From the NCBI GenBank assembly GCA_037385645.1, contig JARRMU010000001.1, positions 2,110-66,109 on the forward strand: DNA of 64,000 bases, read 5' to 3'. This stretch comes from Gemmatimonadales bacterium. GTDB lineage: Bacteria; Gemmatimonadota; Gemmatimonadetes; Palauibacterales; Palauibacteraceae. Both the position numbers and the translations under genes were made by a program. The notes below the pieces were generated by a model. It did not search any database. It was given only the letters and a program-made list of their open reading frames with translations, and had not been told where the DNA came from. Each line of letters opens with the position of its first letter. Within the stretch, counting starts at the first letter, position 1. Shown here in pieces: positions 27,710 through 37,348 of this stretch.

Positions 27710-29442
27710 TGCTCGGTAGGGATCGGCTGCCGGCCGCGCTGCCGGCCCTGGTGCTCGGGGCGCTGGCACTCTCCGGATGTGCGAGGGGAGGCAGCCTTCC
27801 GCCGCTCGCTCTCCGCCCGCAGTCGATCCCTTACGCGGACACGCTACCGATCCACGAGCCCGAGGAAAGGGAGCCCTCGGAGATCTGGCCTCTAATCCGG
27901 GAGTCGACGGTGGGCGAGCTGGGGCAGCCCTTCGATCCGGATGACTGGATCTACCGGAACGAGGCGCTGAACCTCACCCACTTCGACGAGGTGGTCAACT
28001 CTGCGTGGTTCGAGCACCGGATCACGCAGCGCGATCTAACCGCGGAACAGATGAGGCTCGGGCCGACCTCCCTGGAGGGCCGGCCGAGCCCTCCCTACAA
28101 GGTCACTCGGCTGAAGGGCGCGGGAATCTCGCCCGGCCTCTGGGTCGAGGACGGCAAGGGTGATATCTACCTGTTCAAGTTCGATCCGCCCGAGAACCTC
28201 TATCTGGCCAGCGCGGCGAACACGATATCCAACCGCCTCTTCTGGGCGGCGGGCTTCCACACGCCCGAGGACTATCTCGTGACCTTCGGCCAGACATCCC
28301 TCGTCATCTCCGAGGCAGAGGGTGCGCCGACGGAAGAGGAGGTGCAGGAGGTCCTCCAGAAGACCGCGCCGCTGGCCGACGGTCGGTATCGAGCGATCGC
28401 CAGCAAGTTGCTGCCTGGAACACCTAAGGGTCCGTTCCGCTTCCGGGGCACGCGCAAGGACGACCCGAACGACTATTACCTGCACCAGAACAGGCGAGAG
28501 CTGAGAGGCCTCTACGTGGTTTCCGCGTGGACGAATCACGTGGACATGCGTTTCGCCAACACGATGGATGTGTGGATCGACCCGCCCGGCTATCTGCGGC
28601 ACTACCTGCAGGACTTCGGGGCCACGCTCGGGAGCGGCACGGTTCGGCCCCACAATCCGAGGGAGGGCATGGAGTACAACTTCGACGCCTGGGCCTTCTT
28701 GGCCCGCCTGCCCACCTTCGGCTTCTACCACGCGGGCTGGGAGGGGAAGGAGTTCGAGGTCATCGACCCTTCGATCGGCTGGCTCCCCGTCGCCAGCTAC
28801 GAACCCGGCGCGTGGAAGCCGAATTGGCCGAACGCCGCGTTCCGATCGGCCACGGTTGCCGACGGATACTGGGGGGCGAAGATCGTCGTCCGGTTCAGCG
28901 ACCGGCTGATCCGGGCCGCGGTCGAGGCCGGCGAGCTTCCCGATCAGCGCGCGGCCGATACGCTCACATCGATACTCATCGCGCGGCGTGACAAGACGGT
29001 GAACTACTGGTTCGGCCGCGTATCGCCGATCGAGGGCGTCTTGGTGGAGTGCACGGATGCCTCGGGCCCGGGCTTCGGCGTGAGGTTCGATGATCTGGGT
29101 GTTGCCGTCGGGGCGCGATACCGGTCCAACACGCGCTACGAATGGGAGCTGAGGGACGAGGGTCGAGGGCGGCACTGGAAGGGGTCGAGCCGTGCGCCCG
29201 GCGCGGGACCGGCGAGGCTCCATGTGGCTCCGCCCGGTGCGGCCGACGCGTGCCGGGCGGGCTTTGCGACGGAAAAGCCATCTTCGGGACATACGGATGT
29301 TTCGGCCGAACGGCTGGCCGTTCTGCGCATCCGGGCCGAGAAGTTGGGGCCAACGACAACACCGCGGCCGCGACCCGCCAACGTTTACCTGTTCTGGATC
29401 AGCGACCGGGAGGGGTACGCCGTCATCGGTCTGGAGCACTGA
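27709..29442 (+). CDS. Large hypothetical lipoprotein, translationally coupled to the Omp85-family gene
   Basis: The start overlaps the upstream gene as TGATG. The lipobox is LALSGC, and the protein runs to 577 aa with no recognised domains. Confidence 0.5.
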   Translation: MLGRDRLPAALPALVLGALALSGCARGGSLPPLALRPQSIPYADTLPIHEPEEREPSEIWPLIRESTVGELGQPFDPDDWIYRNEALNLTHFDEVVNSAWFEHRITQRDLTAEQMRLGPTSLEGRPSPPYKVTRLKGAGISPGLWVEDGKGDIYLFKFDPPENLYLASAANTISNRLFWAAGFHTPEDYLVTFGQTSLVISEAEGAPTEEEVQEVLQKTAPLADGRYRAIASKLLPGTPKGPFRFRGTRKDDPNDYYLHQNRRELRGLYVVSAWTNHVDMRFANTMDVWIDPPGYLRHYLQDFGATLGSGTVRPHNPREGMEYNFDAWAFLARLPTFGFYHAGWEGKEFEVIDPSIGWLPVASYEPGAWKPNWPNAAFRSATVADGYWGAKIVVRFSDRLIRAAVEAGELPDQRAADTLTSILIARRDKTVNYWFGRVSPIEGVLVECTDASGPGFGVRFDDLGVAVGARYRSNTRYEWELRDEGRGRHWKGSSRAPGAGPARLHVAPPGAADACRAGFATEKPSSGHTDVSAERLAVLRIRAEKLGPTTTPRPRPANVYLFWISDREGYAVIGLEH

Positions 29443-29485
29443 CTCACCGGCCGGCACGGGTCCGACCGCGCGAGGGCTCCAAAGC

Positions 29486-30649
29486 TCACGGCCGGCACCC
29501 GGCAAGGGCTTCCACGGCCAGCCGATTCTCCTCGACCGTGTTGTAGAAATGCGGTGAGAGACGTACGCGATCTTTCCTGTGGTCGATGATGATGCCGCTC
29601 TCGGCCAGGCTTCGCACGGCGGAAGCTGCATCGGAGTGGTCCGCGAGCACGATCGCGGAGCGACGAGCCGGATCCCGCGCCACGTGCGGCCGGAAGCCGG
29701 CATCCGACAGACGGTCGATCAGATCGGCCGTCAGCATCCGGTTTCGAGCACGAATGCGCTCGATTCCGGCCTCTTCGATGATCTCCAGGCCGCCGGCGGC
29801 GGTAAAGGCAGCGCTCACGGCTGGAGTGCCGAGGTCGAACCGGCGTGCGTGCGCGTGCGGCCGCGCAGCTCTCGGGTCGAAGGAGAACTGGTCCTCGACC
29901 CCGAACCAGCTGAGCGTAGTGGGTTGCAGGTCGAGGTCCGGCCGAACGTATAGGAAGGCGAGGCCGGGTCCGCCGCACAGCCATTTGAGGGCTCCTGAGA
30001 GGAGGAGATCCACCTCCCAGGCAACCACGTCTACCGGGATCTGGCCGGTCGACTGGTAGGCATCCAGCAGAAGGAGGGCGCCATTTCGGCGGGCGATCCG
30101 CGACAGCTCACTCACCTGTTGGATGGCGCCGGAGGAAAAGAAGACGTGTGAGGTCGCCAGGATTGCGGTCCGGTCATCCACGGCGGCCTCGATCTGCTCG
30201 AGCGGCACTTCGATGCCGTCGGGGCTTTCGACCATGACGACTTCCAGACCCGTCGATTCCCGTGATAGGAACTGATAGCAGAGCGTCGGGAAGTCCAGCT
30301 CGGTCACCACCACTTTGTTGCGACGGCGAAAGTCCACGGATCCCGCAACGGCCGCCAGGCCCGCGGAGACGCTGGGCAGAAGGGCGATCGTGGCGGGTGC
30401 CGCTCCGACGGTACGGCCGAAGGCGGCCCGGACCTGCTCGAGCTTGCCGAGCCAGATCTCGTACCACGCGCTCGCACCCAGATCGTTCCAGTCTCTCTCG
30501 AACTCGCGGCGGTACGAGATCGAGCGGCACGACAGAGCTCCGAGCGAGTTGGAGTTTAGATAGATCTTCCGTTCGAGGATCGGGAACTCGGGCCGGTAGC
30601 GCTCGAGTGGATCGCCGCTGGGCACGAGAGAATCGCCACGCTCGCTCAT
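29486..30649 (-). CDS. Class V-fold PLP-dependent aminotransferase/lyase
   Basis: A SGALKWLCGGPG lysine-loop region is present and the length is typical. Confidence 0.7.
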   Translation of the reverse strand: MSERGDSLVPSGDPLERYRPEFPILERKIYLNSNSLGALSCRSISYRREFERDWNDLGASAWYEIWLGKLEQVRAAFGRTVGAAPATIALLPSVSAGLAAVAGSVDFRRRNKVVVTELDFPTLCYQFLSRESTGLEVVMVESPDGIEVPLEQIEAAVDDRTAILATSHVFFSSGAIQQVSELSRIARRNGALLLLDAYQSTGQIPVDVVAWEVDLLLSGALKWLCGGPGLAFLYVRPDLDLQPTTLSWFGVEDQFSFDPRAARPHAHARRFDLGTPAVSAAFTAAGGLEIIEEAGIERIRARNRMLTADLIDRLSDAGFRPHVARDPARRSAIVLADHSDAASAVRSLAESGIIIDHRKDRVRLSPHFYNTVEENRLAVEALAGCRP

Positions 30650-30722
30650 GCTGGCGCGATGGTGCGCGCGGTCCGCATCCTAGTGTACCGTCTCAGAAGC
30701 CACGCTGACATTCAGCAGGAAC

Positions 30723-30965
30723 ATGGGCTTGGAACACGACGACAATCTCGGGCGCATGCTGGATTACGAGCAAGCCGCCGAGCTCGAACGGCTTGATCGC
30801 GAGCACCCAACGGCAGGTGGCGAGCCGGAGTGCCCCGCTTGCTCCACGCGAATGGCGCGCCACGTGGAACAGCACCTCGCTCCCCGGTCGGATGGAAGCC
30901 CCTTCCGGGTACGCCTCGTCTGCCCGTCACCCGGATGCGGATGCTGGACCGTCTACAATTGGTAG
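30723..30965 (+). CDS. Small zinc-ribbon hypothetical protein
   Basis: It has CPAC...(x27)...CPSPGCGC. It is divergent from the class V gene. Confidence 0.35.
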   Translation: MGLEHDDNLGRMLDYEQAAELERLDREHPTAGGEPECPACSTRMARHVEQHLAPRSDGSPFRVRLVCPSPGCGCWTVYNW

Positions 30966-31000
30966 GCGACGACTGGTAGGGCATCCGAACCCAACGCACC

Positions 31001-32377
31001 GTGCTGTCGATGCAGGGTCTCTCTGAACCGATGATGAATCGATCTCAGCCGCCGCTCCTGATCGGTCCCGTTCCGGGACCCCGATCGGCCGCGCTCGCGG
31101 GTCGACTCACGAGCGTAGAGTCGCGGAACGTCACCTTCGTTTCCGACGAGTTCCCTGTATTCTGGCGGACCGCGCTCGGGAGTAACGTGTGGGACGCAGA
31201 CGGTAACCGGTTCGTGGACCTGACGGCGGCGTTCGGAGTGGCGGCGGCCGGACACCGGCATCCAGCGATCGAGAAGGCGATTCGCTCACAAAGCGAGGCG
31301 CTGCTGCACGCGATGGGAGATGTGCATCCATCCGAGGTTCGCGTAGAGCTGCTCGAGCGTCTCGCCGACCTGGGGCCACCCGGATCGAGGGTCGTCCTCG
31401 GTACCTCGGGCTCCGAAGCCGTGGAGATCGCCCTCAAGACGGCGACTCTCCACACGAAGCGGTCCGGCTGGCTGGCATTCTCGGGGGCGTATCACGGCGT
31501 CACATACGGGGCCCTCTCGGTCACCGATCGCTCGCTGTTTCGGGAACCGTTCCGCCCGCAGCTCAACCCGAACGTCGTTCGCGCCCGCTATCCCGTCGAA
31601 GGGTCCGGCGATGCCTTCGAGGCTCTCGACCAGGTGGAGCGCCTTCTGTTGGCGCCCGAAGGCGGGATCGGAGCCGTGATCGTCGAGCCGGCGCTCGGCC
31701 GTGGAGGGGATCTCTTTCCGCCGTCGGGGTTCCTTCCGGGCCTGGCGCAGCTGTGCCGAGCGAGCGGGGCTCTGCTGATCGTGGACGAGATCTATACCGG
31801 CTTTGGCCGGACCGGCTGGCGGCTCGCCTGTGATGCCGAAGGGGTCGTTCCCGACCTCCTCTGCGTCGGCAAAGCCATGTCCGGCGGCATGCCGATATCC
31901 GCCTGCATCGGATCGGCGGAGGCGATGTCGGCCTGGCCCGAGTCTGCGGGAGAAGCGATCCACACCTCGACCTTCATGGGACACCCGATCTGCTGCGCCG
32001 CCGCTCTCGCTTCGATCAGCCTGATCGAAGAGCTCGGCCTCGCGGCTCGGGCTCGCGAAGAAGGGAAGCGCTGGATCGAGGCGCTGCGGGAGATGGCGGC
32101 CACGCGCTCGGTGGTCCGCGAGGTGCGCGGGCGTGGCATGATGATAGGCATCCAGCTCGAGGACCCGGCCGGTCGGATACCGGGCCACCGGATCACGGCG
32201 ACGGCGCTGGTGGAGGGCTTGAAGCGCGGCTGGATCCTCCTGGGCTCGGGTGTGGACGGGGACGTCCTCTCGCTCTCCCCTCCATTGACGATCGAGCGCG
32301 ACCTCCTGGACCTGGCGGTGGTGGCGATAGACGAGGCTCTGGCGGCGTGCGAGGCGACGCTGCAGTCCTCTTGCTGA
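31001..32377 (+). CDS. Class III PLP-dependent aminotransferase
   Basis: GTSGSEAVE, DEIYTGFGRTG and the lysine region LCVGKAMSGG are present. Confidence 0.8.
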   Translation: MLSMQGLSEPMMNRSQPPLLIGPVPGPRSAALAGRLTSVESRNVTFVSDEFPVFWRTALGSNVWDADGNRFVDLTAAFGVAAAGHRHPAIEKAIRSQSEALLHAMGDVHPSEVRVELLERLADLGPPGSRVVLGTSGSEAVEIALKTATLHTKRSGWLAFSGAYHGVTYGALSVTDRSLFREPFRPQLNPNVVRARYPVEGSGDAFEALDQVERLLLAPEGGIGAVIVEPALGRGGDLFPPSGFLPGLAQLCRASGALLIVDEIYTGFGRTGWRLACDAEGVVPDLLCVGKAMSGGMPISACIGSAEAMSAWPESAGEAIHTSTFMGHPICCAAALASISLIEELGLAARAREEGKRWIEALREMAATRSVVREVRGRGMMIGIQLEDPAGRIPGHRITATALVEGLKRGWILLGSGVDGDVLSLSPPLTIERDLLDLAVVAIDEALAACEATLQSSC

Positions 32378-32457
32378 CACCACAGGTGGCGTCTACCCTA
32401 AGATTTGCAGCGATCATCTCGAACCGCGAAGGCCCATCGAGGGCCGGAGGATCACGC

Positions 32458-32748
32458 TTGGCTGCCCGCGATGAGCCGAAAATTCGAATCACGGGGACCC
32501 CCAACCCGAACGCGGCCAAGTTCGTGGTCGAGCGGGCGATCTTCGACGAAGAGGGGAGGTCGTATTTCGAGCCGCCATCCCCCGGAGAGGATCGACTCGC
32601 CGAGCGGATCTTCCAGGTCCGAGGCGTCCGCGCGCTGTTTCTGGCGGAGGATTTCGTCACGGTGACCAAGGAGGAGGACGTCGGTTGGCCGGACATCATC
32701 GACGAACTCCGCGAGACGATCCTCGAGGAGCTGACTAGCGCGGAATAA
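32458..32748 (+). CDS. Nfu_N (Nfu/NifU N-terminal) domain protein, standalone
   Basis: A TTG start follows a GGAGGA RBS. The protein has ITGTPNPNAAKFVV...GVRALFLAEDFVTVTK...W and lacks a CxxC NifU C-domain. Confidence 0.5.
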   Translation: MAARDEPKIRITGTPNPNAAKFVVERAIFDEEGRSYFEPPSPGEDRLAERIFQVRGVRALFLAEDFVTVTKEEDVGWPDIIDELRETILEELTSAE

Positions 32749-32796
32749 GCAGCCGTCGCGAGTCAAGGGCGGCGCTCTCGCCAGACCCGGAGCACG

Positions 32797-33684
32797 TCAT
32801 CCGATCGAGCCCTCTTCCCGAAGCGCCGCCGGGAGCCCCTCCCGGAAGGACGGATAGGCAAGCCTCACACCCAGCTCGCCGCGCAGGCGGCGGTTCGACA
32901 CCCTGCGGCTGGCCAGCACTCGCGCCAGACGGTCCGGATCGTAAAGTGCACGGGCCCCGTCCTCGCTGATCTCCAGCAGCTCCAGGCCCAGCAGGGAAGC
33001 GGTGAGGCGCGCGTACTCGGAGGAGAGGTGAGGCTCGTCGTCGCACACGTTGTATATCCGGCCGCTCGCGCCTGCTCGCCAGATCGCGATCAGAGCCGTC
33101 ACCAGATCCGCCACGTGAATCCGGCTCGACCAGGTCTCACGTCCGATGATCAGCTGGTAGCGCCCCTCGCGGATCGCCGGTCCCAGGGTCCGTCCAGGCC
33201 CGTAGATCCCGGCGATTCTCGCGATACGCGGCCGCGAATCCAGCCACCAGCCCAGCTCGAGCAACTTTCGCTCGGCGACCAGGCGCGCCTTTCCCTTGGG
33301 CGAGGTCGGCTGCGGAACGGTACTCTCCGAGACCGTCTCATCGTCCGCGTCGCCGTACACCCCGGTGCTGCTCGCGTATACGAAGCACTCGAGCGGCGCC
33401 CGGCGCAGCGCTTCGACGAACCTGGAGAGACGGGCGGCGGCCGGATCCTCTGCCAGGGGGGCGGGCGGGATTAGGAAGAAGCAGACGTCCGGAGCGACCT
33501 CTTCGAGCATGACGGTCGAGGATGGGTCATCCGCGTCGATGATGAGAGGCCGGATCCCTGCGGCCTCCAACGCGGAGGCACCACTCCGCTTGCGAACCGT
33601 GCCCACGACCTCGACGCCGTCGGCCAGGAGTCTCGCGGCCAGGCGCCGGCCGGTGTAGCCGCAGCCCGCGATGAGCGCCTTCAC
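32797..33684 (-). CDS. NAD-dependent epimerase/dehydratase (SDR family)
   Basis: A GTG start (VKALIAGCGYTG, Rossmann GxGxxG) overlaps the NUDIX stop as GTGA. The catalytic YxxxK context is present. Confidence 0.7.
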   Translation of the reverse strand: MKALIAGCGYTGRRLAARLLADGVEVVGTVRKRSGASALEAAGIRPLIIDADDPSSTVMLEEVAPDVCFFLIPPAPLAEDPAAARLSRFVEALRRAPLECFVYASSTGVYGDADDETVSESTVPQPTSPKGKARLVAERKLLELGWWLDSRPRIARIAGIYGPGRTLGPAIREGRYQLIIGRETWSSRIHVADLVTALIAIWRAGASGRIYNVCDDEPHLSSEYARLTASLLGLELLEISEDGARALYDPDRLARVLASRRVSNRRLRGELGVRLAYPSFREGLPAALREEGSIG

Positions 33685-34295
33685 GAGCCGGCGGCCGGCC
33701 GGTCCGCGGCATCTCTCAACAGCTCGAGGAAGTTCTGTATGATCGAGTAGGTGAGTCCCCACACCGTGTGCCCGTCGTACTCGATGGTAGGGAGTCGGAA
33801 CGTAGCCCCATCTCTGCGGAGCGTCAGAGAGGAGCGTCGCGCCGGTGTCTCGAGCTCGGATACCGGGACCCAGAAGTGTCCGTCGATCTCGGCGCTTCCG
33901 CGCACCCCTCCGAGACGAGGACGCCACGCCACGAAGGGGGTGATCGCGATTCGAGGGATGTGGCTGCTCACGGGGTGAAGATCGTCGAGGCGACCCACGA
34001 TCTCCCTCCTGCCGAGCTCGAGACCCGTTTCCTCGTGCAGCTCCCGAAGCGCTGTGTCCATGAGGTCACGGTCCGTTTCCTCTTCCCGCCCTCCGGGGAG
34101 TGCCACGTGCCCCGACCATGGGTCCCGCTCGTGGGTCGCTCGGACGACGAAGAGAGCTTCCGGCTGGGTCTTGCCGGCCCTGAGCACGAGCACCACGGCG
34201 GCTCGAGCGGTTCCGGCCGGGGGGTCCGCGCGTCGCGCCTCGTATCGGGAGAAACCCGCTCGGAGGATTTCTGAGAACTCCTCTCGCTCGGTCAC
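33681..34295 (-). CDS. NUDIX hydrolase
   Basis: The Nudix box GGREEETDRDLMDTALRELHEETG is present. Stop and start couple with the flanking genes. Confidence 0.75.
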   Translation of the reverse strand: MTEREEFSEILRAGFSRYEARRADPPAGTARAAVVLVLRAGKTQPEALFVVRATHERDPWSGHVALPGGREEETDRDLMDTALRELHEETGLELGRREIVGRLDDLHPVSSHIPRIAITPFVAWRPRLGGVRGSAEIDGHFWVPVSELETPARRSSLTLRRDGATFRLPTIEYDGHTVWGLTYSIIQNFLELLRDAADRPAAGS

Positions 34296-35197
34296 GTATT
34301 CTCCTGCTTGGTCTCATCCAGCAGGGCCCGGTAGCTGCTGTAACGGGCTTCGCTCGCCACTCCGGCTTCGACCAGGCGCCGCACGGCGCAGTCGGGCTCG
34401 CTTACATGCCGGCAATCGTTGAAGCGGCAGCTGCCGAGCGCCGCGGCGAACTCGGGAAACCCCCCCGCGAGCTCGTCCGCTGACAAGTCCCAGAGCACCA
34501 GCAGCTGCAGCCCGGGCGTGTCTGCGACATATCCCCCGTCAGGAAGCCGGTAGAACGTGGATCCGACGGTCGTATGCCTGCCCCGGCCTCGCTTGCTGCT
34601 CACCTCTCGGACCTTGAGCTCGTGCTCGGGCAGCAGGAGGTTGAGAAGGCTGGACTTGCCGACCCCGGAAGGCCCGGCGAAGACGGTCGCGTGGTCTCCG
34701 AGCCGGCGGCTGAGCTCAGGTACCCTGTCGCCTCGGTGGGCGCTCGTCGGAAGGATGTCGTAGCCGGCCTCGCGGTAGATGTGGAAGGCGTCCATCGCTG
34801 CGGCCTCGCTCGTGAGGTCGATCTTGTTGAGGACGATGAAGGCGGAGAGCCCGTTCAGCTCCGCCAGCACCAGAAACCGATCCAGAAGCCGGAAGTCGGG
34901 CGCCGGGTCGCCAGCCGCAAAGACCGCGGCCAACTGGTCCACGTTCGCTACGATCACCTGCTCCCTGCTGCCCGCGACGGCACGCCGCGAGAGCTTGGTG
35001 CTTCGGGGCAGAAGGCGCTCGATCCGAAAGCTTCCGTCGGGGAGATGCTCCAGGAGCACGACGTCTCCCGGATTGATCGATTCCTCATCCAGCTTCAACC
35101 GTCCACGAAGCGTGCAGTCAAGGATGCGATCGCCGCAATCCACCGAGTACACACCGCCTGCGCTCCTGAGCACGCGGCCCTCGGTCTGCACGCTCAA
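34292..35197 (-). CDS. rsgA: Ribosome small-subunit-dependent GTPase A
   Basis: The circularly permuted GTPase motifs NKIDL...GPSGVGKSSLLN and the C-terminal Zn motif CRFNDCRHVSEPDC are present. Confidence 0.85.
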   Translation of the reverse strand: MSVQTEGRVLRSAGGVYSVDCGDRILDCTLRGRLKLDEESINPGDVVLLEHLPDGSFRIERLLPRSTKLSRRAVAGSREQVIVANVDQLAAVFAAGDPAPDFRLLDRFLVLAELNGLSAFIVLNKIDLTSEAAAMDAFHIYREAGYDILPTSAHRGDRVPELSRRLGDHATVFAGPSGVGKSSLLNLLLPEHELKVREVSSKRGRGRHTTVGSTFYRLPDGGYVADTPGLQLLVLWDLSADELAGGFPEFAAALGSCRFNDCRHVSEPDCAVRRLVEAGVASEARYSSYRALLDETKQENT

Positions 35198-35216
35198 CCG
35201 ACAGCTCCGCGGATGG

Positions 35217-35741
35217 CTACCGCTGCTCTCCCGGCCCGCTCCCGGGACCGCGATCGCCGGTTGCGGGCTCTCCGATCAGCTCGTCGAGGCAGTTGAAGCC
35301 CAACAGAGCGCACTTGATCCGCACGGGGAACTTCGAGACGCCCGCTAGGGCCCGCAGATCGCCCAGCGTCTCGTCCCGCTGAAGCTCCTCCTCGCCGTGG
35401 AGCAGGCGAGTGAACTTGACCGATAACGCTCGGGCCTCCCCGAGCTTGGCCCCCTTGAGTCGCTCGGTCATCATCGAGGCGGCGGCCTGGCTGATGGAGC
35501 AGCCCCTTCCCTCGTAGCGTACGTCGTCGATCCGGTCGGCCTGGACGGAGAGTGACAGCTCGATGACGTCCCCACAAAGCGGGTTGTTCATCGTGATGGT
35601 ATGGGTGGGCGCCTCGAGCGACCCCTTGTTCCTGGGACGTCTGTAGTGATCGAGGATGACCTCTTGAAACAGATCGGCCAGGGCGCTGGGGATCGAGCGG
35701 TCGATCGGCTGGCCATTCGGAGTGCCAGAGTGTTCGCTCAT
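35217..35741 (-). CDS. sufU: SUF-system NifU-like Fe-S assembly protein SufU
   Basis: NPLCGD, GRGCSISQA and the C-terminal CALLGFNCL cysteine ligands are present. Confidence 0.8.
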   Translation of the reverse strand: MSEHSGTPNGQPIDRSIPSALADLFQEVILDHYRRPRNKGSLEAPTHTITMNNPLCGDVIELSLSVQADRIDDVRYEGRGCSISQAAASMMTERLKGAKLGEARALSVKFTRLLHGEEELQRDETLGDLRALAGVSKFPVRIKCALLGFNCLDELIGEPATGDRGPGSGPGEQR

Positions 35742-35768
35742 GACTGCGCCGTGCGGGGGAGCGTGCGC

Positions 35769-37019
35769 TTAAAGCGTGCGGCAGAAAAGCTCGCCAGCGA
35801 GGTGGAGCGCCTCGCAGAGAGCGTCGATCTCCTGCGGCGTATTGTACAGATAGAGACTGGCACGAGCAGTCGCATCGACTCCGAAGTGCTCCATGAGCGG
35901 TTGATTGCAGTGATGACCCGCCCGGATCGCGATACCCTTCTGATCGAGGATCGTCGCCAAGTCGTGAGGGTGCACGTCCAGGTACGTGAAAGATAAAACA
36001 CCCACGCGCTCGTCGGTTGGTCCGTAGATCCGAAGCCCTGCGATCTCGCCGAGTCGTTCGAGAGCATACCCCATGAGCTCCGTCTCGTAACGCCGGATGG
36101 CATCGAGACCGATCCCGTCCAGATAACGGATCGCGGCACCGAGGCCGACGGCACCGGCGATGTTCGGCGTTCCGGCTTCAAACTTGTGCGGTACCGCCGC
36201 CCATGTGGAACCGTCGAGCGTTACGGAGGCGATCATCTCGCCGCCACCCTGGTAGGGCGGCATTGCCTCCAGAAGCGCGCGTCGCGCCCACAGTGCCCCG
36301 ATCCCGGTCGGTCCGCACATCTTGTGGCCGCTGAATGCGTAGAAATCGCATCCGAGCGCGCCCATATCGAGAGCGAGGTGGGGTGCCGCCTGGGCGCCGT
36401 CGACGAGGCAGAGGGCCCCAGCCTCGTGAGCGAGCGCAGAGATCTCCCGCACCGGATTGATGACGCCAAGGCTGTTGGAGATGTGCGTGACACCCACCAG
36501 ACGCGTCCGCTCGGAGAGCATCCGGTCATAGTCGTCAAGCACCAGCTGTCCATCGGGGGAGACATCCACGAAACGCAGAGTGGCTCCGGTCGCCTCCGCC
36601 AGGAGCTGCCAGGGCACGATGTTGGAGTGGTGCTCCATCTTGGTGAGCAGGATCTCGTCGCCCGGGCCGACCCGGGCCCTGCCCCAGCTGCCCGCGACGA
36701 GGTTGATCGCCTCGGTCGTTCCTCGTACGAAGACGATCTCCGCGGCATCCTTCGCGCCGATATGTGCGGCGACGCAAGTGCGGGCATCCTCATATGCCTC
36801 GGTGGCGCGGGCGCTGAGCTCGTGGGCCCCGCGGTGTACGTTCGCGTGCGACGTCTCGTAGTGCTGGCGGACCGCGTCGAGGACGGCGAGTGGTCGCTGT
36901 GCGCTCGCTGCGCTGTCGAGATAGACGAGCGGCTGCCCGTTGACCTCCTGCTCGAGGATCGGGAAGTCCCTCCGGACAGCGTCGATATCGTACGGAGGTG
37001 CGACCGCCGCAGCTTTCAT
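35769..37019 (-). CDS. sufS: Cysteine desulfurase SufS
   Basis: The PLP lysine SGHKMCGPTGIG and the catalytic RAGHHCNQP loop are present. Start was chosen at MKAAAV; the longer ORF 5' extension is an improbable low-complexity Arg/Gly stretch. Confidence 0.9.
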   Translation of the reverse strand: MKAAAVAPPYDIDAVRRDFPILEQEVNGQPLVYLDSAASAQRPLAVLDAVRQHYETSHANVHRGAHELSARATEAYEDARTCVAAHIGAKDAAEIVFVRGTTEAINLVAGSWGRARVGPGDEILLTKMEHHSNIVPWQLLAEATGATLRFVDVSPDGQLVLDDYDRMLSERTRLVGVTHISNSLGVINPVREISALAHEAGALCLVDGAQAAPHLALDMGALGCDFYAFSGHKMCGPTGIGALWARRALLEAMPPYQGGGEMIASVTLDGSTWAAVPHKFEAGTPNIAGAVGLGAAIRYLDGIGLDAIRRYETELMGYALERLGEIAGLRIYGPTDERVGVLSFTYLDVHPHDLATILDQKGIAIRAGHHCNQPLMEHFGVDATARASLYLYNTPQEIDALCEALHLAGELFCRTL

Positions 37020-37039
37020 GGCGTCGGCGCCGATCGCGA

Positions 37040-37348
37040 TCAGAGTCTGACCTGGACCTCGTCGCCCTCTACGCGGCACTCGAACGTGCGCACGGGCAGG
37101 ACGGCGGGCAGCGCCTTCGGCGTGCCCGATGCGAGGTCGAAGCGGGCACCATGCAGGGCGCACGTGATCTGATCGCCGGTCACCTCTCCGGCCGAGAGCG
37201 GGAACTCTTCGTGCGAGCAACGGTCCTCGAGCGCGTAGACCCGTCCGTCGCGTCTCACGAGAACGAGGTTGTTCCCGTTCACCTGCACGGTCTTCAAGCC
37301 GCTCTCCGGGACGTCCGCCAGGCTGGCCACCGTCGTGAACTCGCTCAT
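37040..37348 (-). CDS. Rieske (2Fe-2S) ferredoxin domain protein embedded in the suf operon
   Basis: CSHEEFPL...(x)CALHGARF is the CxH...CxxH Rieske ligand pair. The gene overlaps sufD by 4 nt. Confidence 0.75.
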   Translation of the reverse strand: MSEFTTVASLADVPESGLKTVQVNGNNLVLVRRDGRVYALEDRCSHEEFPLSAGEVTGDQITCALHGARFDLASGTPKALPAVLPVRTFECRVEGDEVQVRL

